This document shows positions 58,871 through 64,000 of a stretch of DNA of 64,000 bases, one piece after another. Position 1 is the first letter of the stretch. Each line of letters begins with the position of its first letter. The position numbers and the translations under genes are program-made. The stretch comes from Salinispira sp. Its GTDB lineage: Bacteria > Spirochaetota > Spirochaetia > DSM-27196 > Salinispiraceae. The DNA lies in NCBI GenBank assembly GCA_965226555.1, contig CBDDDG010000001.1, forward strand, positions 64,001 through 128,000. The letters are read 5' to 3'. The notes beneath the pieces were generated by a model that was not told the DNA's origin, made no database searches, and saw only the letters and a list, made by a program, of their open reading frames with translations.

Positions 58871-60117
58871 TGAATAATGTAATGAACACTGTAATAAACA
58901 AGAAGGTATGTGTTATCGGGCTCGGATACATCGGCCTGCCGACAGCAGTCATTCTGGCCCGCGCCGGGTACTCAGTGCGCGGGGTCGATGTAAAAAATGA
59001 TGTCGTTGAAACCATTAACACAGGCGTTGCCCACATTATTGAACCCGGTTTGAACGATGCCTTACAGCGCGTTGTTTTGGAAGGTCGGTTCACCGCATTC
59101 ACGGAACCTGCTGAGGCGGACATATTCATTATTTGCGTGCCCACCCCCCTTAATACGGACGACACACTTCCCCGTCCGAATGTCAGCCATGTGCTGCGCG
59201 CGGTCAGAACCATTGCCCCCATTGTCCGCCCGGGCAATTACATTATTTTGGAATCGACATCGCCGGTCGGCACCACAAAGAAACTGGCAGAAGCGCTTGC
59301 GGAACATTCTGTTAGCATTGATAACCTACGCATTGCCTACTGCCCGGAACGGGTTATTCCCGGACGCGCTATGATCGAGCTCATAGAAAACGATAGAATT
59401 GTCGGAGGACTAACGCCGGAGGCAGCCGAGTCCTGCGCGGAATTTTACCGTTCGGTTGTTACGGGAACCATTCTCACAACGAACGCGGCAACCGCCGAAA
59501 TGGTTAAGTTAAGCGAAAATAGTTTTCGAGATGTGAACATTGCCTTTGCCAATGAACTTTCCATTCTTGCCGCGAATATGGGGGTACATGTTCAGGAGGT
59601 CATAGCGCTTGCAAACAGGCATCCGCGGGTGAACATTCTCCAGCCCGGTCCCGGAGTCGGCGGTCACTGCATTGCGGTGGATCCCTGGTTTCTCATTTCA
59701 CAGAATCCAGATTCCGCTCGCCTCATACAAACGGCGCGGCAGGTGAACAATGACAAAACAGAATGGGTTATTGAAAACATTAGAGCAGCCGCCGCAAAAC
59801 GTTCAGCGGAATTGAACAGACCGCCCCGCATTGTTCTGCTTGGACTAACATTTAAGCCCGACATTGATGACCTTCGGGAATCTCCCGCCCTGAAGATCGC
59901 TGAAACACTGTACAAGCAGAACTACCGAATACAGTGTGTTGAACCCCACATTACCGAACACGCACGCCTGCCGCTCGTGAGCCTGACGGAAGGCCTCAAA
60001 ATGGCAGACATTGTTGTGGGGCTGGTAAAGCACAGCGCGTTCAGCCATAATACATTGTCCGAACACATTGATACTCGCGCTGGGAACAGCGCATTCTTGA
60101 ACTTTGCGGGGTTATAA
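58870..60117 (+). CDS. wecC: UDP-N-acetylmannosamine dehydrogenase
   Basis: GLGYIGLP, CPERV, GVGGHC, FKPDIDDLRESP. Confidence 0.93.
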   Translation: MNNVMNTVINKKVCVIGLGYIGLPTAVILARAGYSVRGVDVKNDVVETINTGVAHIIEPGLNDALQRVVLEGRFTAFTEPAEADIFIICVPTPLNTDDTLPRPNVSHVLRAVRTIAPIVRPGNYIILESTSPVGTTKKLAEALAEHSVSIDNLRIAYCPERVIPGRAMIELIENDRIVGGLTPEAAESCAEFYRSVVTGTILTTNAATAEMVKLSENSFRDVNIAFANELSILAANMGVHVQEVIALANRHPRVNILQPGPGVGGHCIAVDPWFLISQNPDSARLIQTARQVNNDKTEWVIENIRAAAAKRSAELNRPPRIVLLGLTFKPDIDDLRESPALKIAETLYKQNYRIQCVEPHITEHARLPLVSLTEGLKMADIVVGLVKHSAFSHNTLSEHIDTRAGNSAFLNFAGL

Positions 60118-60183
60118 TATGAGTGAATTTGGGACAATTGCTACAGTGTTTGTAATTTCCGAAATACAAAGGATTGAGGATCA

Positions 60184-61266
60184 TTGAAAAAAGCATTAAT
60201 TACCGGTGTTACCGGACAAGATGGTTCCTATCTTGCGGAGTTACTGCTGGACAAGGGCTATGAGGTTCATGGGCTGAAGCGCAGGACATCGCTGTTCAAC
60301 ACAGACCGTATTGACCACCTATTTAAAGATCCTCATGCAGATAATGTACGGCTTTATCTGCATTATGGTGATCTGACAGATTCTACAAATCTCATTCGTT
60401 TAATTCAATTAATTCAGCCACATGAAATTTATAATTTGGGTGCTCAGAGCCATGTACAGGTTTCCTTTGAAATTCCCGAGTACACTGCCAATTCCGATGC
60501 TCTTGGAACATTGCGGTTATTGGAGGCAATTCGTCTTCTCGGACTGGAAAAACATACAAAATTCTATCAGGCATCGACAAGTGAACTATATGGATTAGTT
60601 CAGGAAGTCCCGCAAAAAGAAACAACTCCATTTTATCCGCGGAGCCCCTATGCTGTCGCAAAACTCTACGCATATTGGATTGTGAAAAACTACCGGGAAG
60701 CCTATAACATGTACGCGTGTAATGGCATTCTTTTTAATCATGAAAGCCCACGCCGGGGAGAAACCTTTGTTACACGGAAAATTACCCGCGCGGCAGCACG
60801 AATTAAAGCGGGGCTTCAGAAAAAACTGTACATCGGAAACCTCAATGCCCAGCGCGATTGGGGGTATGCCGGCGATTATGTTGAAGGTATGTGGAGAATG
60901 CTCCAACGTAACACGCCGGAAGATTATGTGCTTGCTACCGGAGAAATGCATACCATAAGGGAGTTCGCAGAACTCGCCTTTGCCCGGCTTGGTATTGATA
61001 TTGAATTCCGCGGTGAGGGTGTGGAAGAAAAGGGATATGTTGCCGGTACCGACAAGGTCATTATTGAAATAGATCCAAAATACTTGCGACCCGCAGAAGT
61101 TGAGCAACTCTTAGGCGATCCGACAAAGGCTCATAATGAGTTGGGCTGGAAACCGCGCATTGGTTTTGAACAACTGGTAGACATGATGGTCGATTATGAT
61201 TATAAAATGGCAAAACGCGAAAAAAATCTAAACTTGTCAAATTCCATGGGAGGAATACATGAATAA
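60184..61266 (+). CDS. gmd: GDP-mannose 4,6-dehydratase
   Basis: [35 protein letters not shown]. Confidence 0.98.
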   Translation: MKKALITGVTGQDGSYLAELLLDKGYEVHGLKRRTSLFNTDRIDHLFKDPHADNVRLYLHYGDLTDSTNLIRLIQLIQPHEIYNLGAQSHVQVSFEIPEYTANSDALGTLRLLEAIRLLGLEKHTKFYQASTSELYGLVQEVPQKETTPFYPRSPYAVAKLYAYWIVKNYREAYNMYACNGILFNHESPRRGETFVTRKITRAAARIKAGLQKKLYIGNLNAQRDWGYAGDYVEGMWRMLQRNTPEDYVLATGEMHTIREFAELAFARLGIDIEFRGEGVEEKGYVAGTDKVIIEIDPKYLRPAEVEQLLGDPTKAHNELGWKPRIGFEQLVDMMVDYDYKMAKREKNLNLSNSMGGIHE

Positions 61267-62188
61267 AAATGCGAAAATTTATGTGGCAGGCCACAAGGGA
61301 ATGGTTGGATCTGCGATTTTACGGGAACTTACAAAACGCGGATATACAAATATAGTACACAAAACTCATTCGGAATTGGACCTTACCCGTCAGACGGATG
61401 TGGAAAATTTTTTCGATGCTGAAATGCCCGAGTATGTTTTCTTGGGGGCGGGAAAAGTCGGCGGTATTTTGGCAAATAAGTCCGATAAAGCAGGTTTCTG
61501 CTATGAGAATGCCACGATCGGGATCAACGTCATACATTCAGCCTATAAATTCGGGGTTAAAAAATTACTGAACATTGGGTCAGCGTGTTTCTATCCGGTG
61601 CAAGCACCTCTGCCGTTAAAAGAGGAGTATATACTGAGTGGACCATTGGAAGAAACTAACGATGCCTATGCGCTTGCAAAAATATTAGCACTTAAACTAT
61701 GCCAGTATTATAATGAGAACTATAATACCAATTTTCTCTCGGTTATACCTGCAAATATGTTCGGCATACATGATAATTTTAATTTAAAAACGGCACACGT
61801 AATACCTACTATTATACGGAAAATGCACGAGGCGAAGTCATCAAATCGGACAATTACCCTGTGGGGAGATGGATCACCATCCCGTGACTTTCTTTATTTG
61901 GATGATGGAGCACAAGCAATTGTGTTTATAATGGAAAACTATGCCGCATCTGATATTGGTAACTACATAAACATTGGAACCGGAAAAGAGATTATGATAA
62001 AAGACCTTGCTCAGCTAATTGCCAAAATTGTTGGGTTTAAAGGTGAAATTACTTGGGATACTACAAAACCAAATGGAACCCCCCGCAGATGTCTTTCAAT
62101 AGAAAAACTCACCAAACTTGGCTGGGTAAGTACTACATCACTGGAAAAAGGAATTCAGAGAACATATACGTGGTTTCTCGAAAATTGA
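61259..62188 (+). CDS. fcl: GDP-L-fucose synthase
   Basis: [34 protein letters not shown]. Confidence 0.95.
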   Translation: MNKNAKIYVAGHKGMVGSAILRELTKRGYTNIVHKTHSELDLTRQTDVENFFDAEMPEYVFLGAGKVGGILANKSDKAGFCYENATIGINVIHSAYKFGVKKLLNIGSACFYPVQAPLPLKEEYILSGPLEETNDAYALAKILALKLCQYYNENYNTNFLSVIPANMFGIHDNFNLKTAHVIPTIIRKMHEAKSSNRTITLWGDGSPSRDFLYLDDGAQAIVFIMENYAASDIGNYINIGTGKEIMIKDLAQLIAKIVGFKGEITWDTTKPNGTPRRCLSIEKLTKLGWVSTTSLEKGIQRTYTWFLEN

Positions 62189-62200
62189 GGGGAGGTATCC

Positions 62201-63283
62201 ATGGATAAAAAAAAACTGGCTGTTTACTGTACAGATGTACACGATATAATGGACGCTTCCTTTTGTTCATTAATTTCTCAATATTATAGGTTATGTATTT
62301 TTGCACCGCCTGAGAAAATTAATTATTTGAAACAAAAAGAAATTGTTGCAGATTTTGTACCATACCCTAAAATGCTTCCTCAATGCTGGCTTTCTTCTGA
62401 TTCTCTGTTATTTTCTCTCGAAAAAAAAATACGTCAATTTTTTCTATTGGGGAAAGCGTTTTTTATTACAATAAAATTGAAACGTAGTCTTGAAACCCGT
62501 GGAATCAAAAATGTTGTTTTTACTACTACAAATCACTTAAGAGCATGGATGGCTCTTATTCCATGCAAGGTTCATTATCATGTATTTTTTCATAATATTC
62601 ACCACTGGTACAAAGTACAGCTGGACCAATACAGAGACAATCATAGCAAAGGGTTTCGTTTATTTTTAAGTTCCCTATTCTTGAAAAAAATAAAGAGTGG
62701 AGTTGTATTAACACAATACTTAAGAGAAGAAATTTCTCACTATACCAATATACCCATAGCAGTGTTTCCATTTGTTACATTTTCAGAGAATAGGTTGAAG
62801 CAAAGAGAGAAAATACTAAAAACAGTAACAATTCCTACTTTTACATTACTTGGGGCGGTAAACAATGAAAAAAAATATTATAAGCAAATTGTTGATGTCT
62901 TTGCAAAAATAACAAAAGAATATACATTAATCTTTCTTGGTCGGGTTATAAGTAATGAAGAAATACTATATGCCAAGCAGAAGCTGGGGAATAAAGTAGT
63001 TAGTTTTTCAGGTTATATAGAAGATGAAGAATATGAAAACACATTGTGCTCAAGCCACTTTATTATAAACAATAATTTAACAAAGCAACCTTATGGACTA
63101 TACAAGGCATCGGGAATGGAATTTGAAAGTGCAGTCTATTGTGTTCCGCTCATAAAAAAAGAAGGTGGGGATGATCAATATGAGGGAAATCTTGAAAAAC
63201 TAATAACAGATGCTATTTCGTCAGTACTAACGGGAAAATATTATGAACAATATGAAAAAATGAATGATCTTGCTTCGATTTAA
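62201..63283 (+). CDS. Putative glycosyltransferase, 3' end interrupted by IS3
   Basis: AT-rich ORF after fcl with GT-B-like features; last codons lie inside the IS3 left end. Confidence 0.55.
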   Translation: MDKKKLAVYCTDVHDIMDASFCSLISQYYRLCIFAPPEKINYLKQKEIVADFVPYPKMLPQCWLSSDSLLFSLEKKIRQFFLLGKAFFITIKLKRSLETRGIKNVVFTTTNHLRAWMALIPCKVHYHVFFHNIHHWYKVQLDQYRDNHSKGFRLFLSSLFLKKIKSGVVLTQYLREEISHYTNIPIAVFPFVTFSENRLKQREKILKTVTIPTFTLLGAVNNEKKYYKQIVDVFAKITKEYTLIFLGRVISNEEILYAKQKLGNKVVSFSGYIEDEEYENTLCSSHFIINNNLTKQPYGLYKASGMEFESAVYCVPLIKKEGGDDQYEGNLEKLITDAISSVLTGKYYEQYEKMNDLASI

Positions 63284-63327
63284 CGGACACTCTTCTAAGC
63301 ACGATACTATAGGGAGAGGAGAGTGTT

Positions 63328-63618
63328 ATGGAAACACGGAAAGTCAGAAAATTCTATGCTGAGGATTTTAAGGAACAGGCTGTGGAGCTTGCCAAAGAAA
63401 TTGGCACGAAGCAGGCGACGGAAAAGCTGGGTATAGCAAGTTATCATACCCTCGCGAAATGGGTTCGGAACGACCAGAAAGGTCCCGAGTTTCGGGAACT
63501 TCAGGAAGCCCTGGCCGAGAACAAACGATTGAGAAAGGAACTGCGCGCCGAGAAAAAGGCGGTGGCAATACTCAATGATGCAATGGTTTTTTTTTGCAGA
63601 AAGGAGAGCCTGAAATGA
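63328..63618 (+). CDS. IS3 transposase OrfA
   Basis: RKFYAEDFKEQAV HTH, TLAKWV, zipper ENKRLRKEL. Confidence 0.92.
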   Translation: METRKVRKFYAEDFKEQAVELAKEIGTKQATEKLGIASYHTLAKWVRNDQKGPEFRELQEALAENKRLRKELRAEKKAVAILNDAMVFFCRKESLK

Positions 63619-64000
63619 AGTATCGAGGAATTGAGCAGCTGAAGCAGACCGGACATGCTGTTGCACCATGCTGCAAACTTCTGAAGGTGTCCAGCTCGGG
63701 ATTCTATGACTGGCTTAAGAGAGAACCGTCCAAAAACACCCGCAGGGATGATGAGCTTACGGGTAAAATCCTGCGTGTGTATACTGAAAATAAGGGATGC
63801 TACGGTTCGCCCCGAATTCACCGGCTGCTGCATCTTCATGGTGAAGCAATCGGGAGGAACCGAGTCGCCCGGCTTATGAGGGAATCGGGGCTCAATGCGG
63901 GGAGAACGAAGGCATATCGCCCGCGAACAACAATGAGCAATCCATCCCAGAAGAAGTCTCCGCGGGTGTTTCGCATTGAAAGCTCCACGGTTACGAAAGC
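63615..64000 (+). CDS. IS3 transposase OrfB (partial)
   Basis: MKYRGIEQL..CKLLKVSSSGFYDW...YGSPRI...RVARLMRESG. Confidence 0.9.
   Translation, partial: MKYRGIEQLKQTGHAVAPCCKLLKVSSSGFYDWLKREPSKNTRRDDELTGKILRVYTENKGCYGSPRIHRLLHLHGEAIGRNRVARLMRESGLNAGRTKAYRPRTTMSNPSQKKSPRVFRIESSTVTK

Larger units (their letters stand above)
63265..64000 (+). mobile_element. IS3-family element (runs off the window)
   Basis: Left end TGATCTTGCTTCGATTTAACGGACAC resembles the IS3 IRL; OrfA and OrfB are coupled by an ATGA overlap. Confidence 0.9.

Overview
Bacterial chromosomal window, most likely from a spirochaete. This is inferred from the rpsB-tsf-frr-uppS-cdsA-rseP and rpsF-ssb-rpsR-DUF2232-rplI-dnaB gene orders and spirochaete-like S2/S18 sequences. 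From left to right it holds: (1) four tandem paralogous membrane-anchored coiled-coil genes with shuffled repeat modules, one IS481-type element and a shared 127-bp insertion in two copies; (2) a pentapeptide protein, HNH, phoB/phoU, a UDG-like gene, an FN3+DUF285 surface lipoprotein whose start is frameshifted in a G-tract, and an Rpn pseudogene; (3) translation/replication housekeeping genes, including an S18 with a ~540-aa PKQE(A/T) repeat extension; (4) manC, an epimerase, rsmG, mnmG, corA, an M16 peptidase, a TPR protein and fumC; (5) a decayed restriction-modification locus next to an AT-rich, translationally coupled four-gene operon bounded by 40-bp promoter-like direct repeats (Panacea/SocA-like, PD-(D/E)XK-like, TGT-like Zn-motif protein, SIR2), which is the best candidate for an undescribed defence system; (6) a Wzx/Wzy polysaccharide locus with a probable KDN/nonulosonate pathway, cut at the right by an IS3 element. 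Two dispersed palindromic repeat families run through the window: an AT-rich one at promoters and gene junctions, and a GC-rich 42-bp one inserted in frame in housekeeping genes. All family assignments come from motif recognition by eye; no database searches were run.
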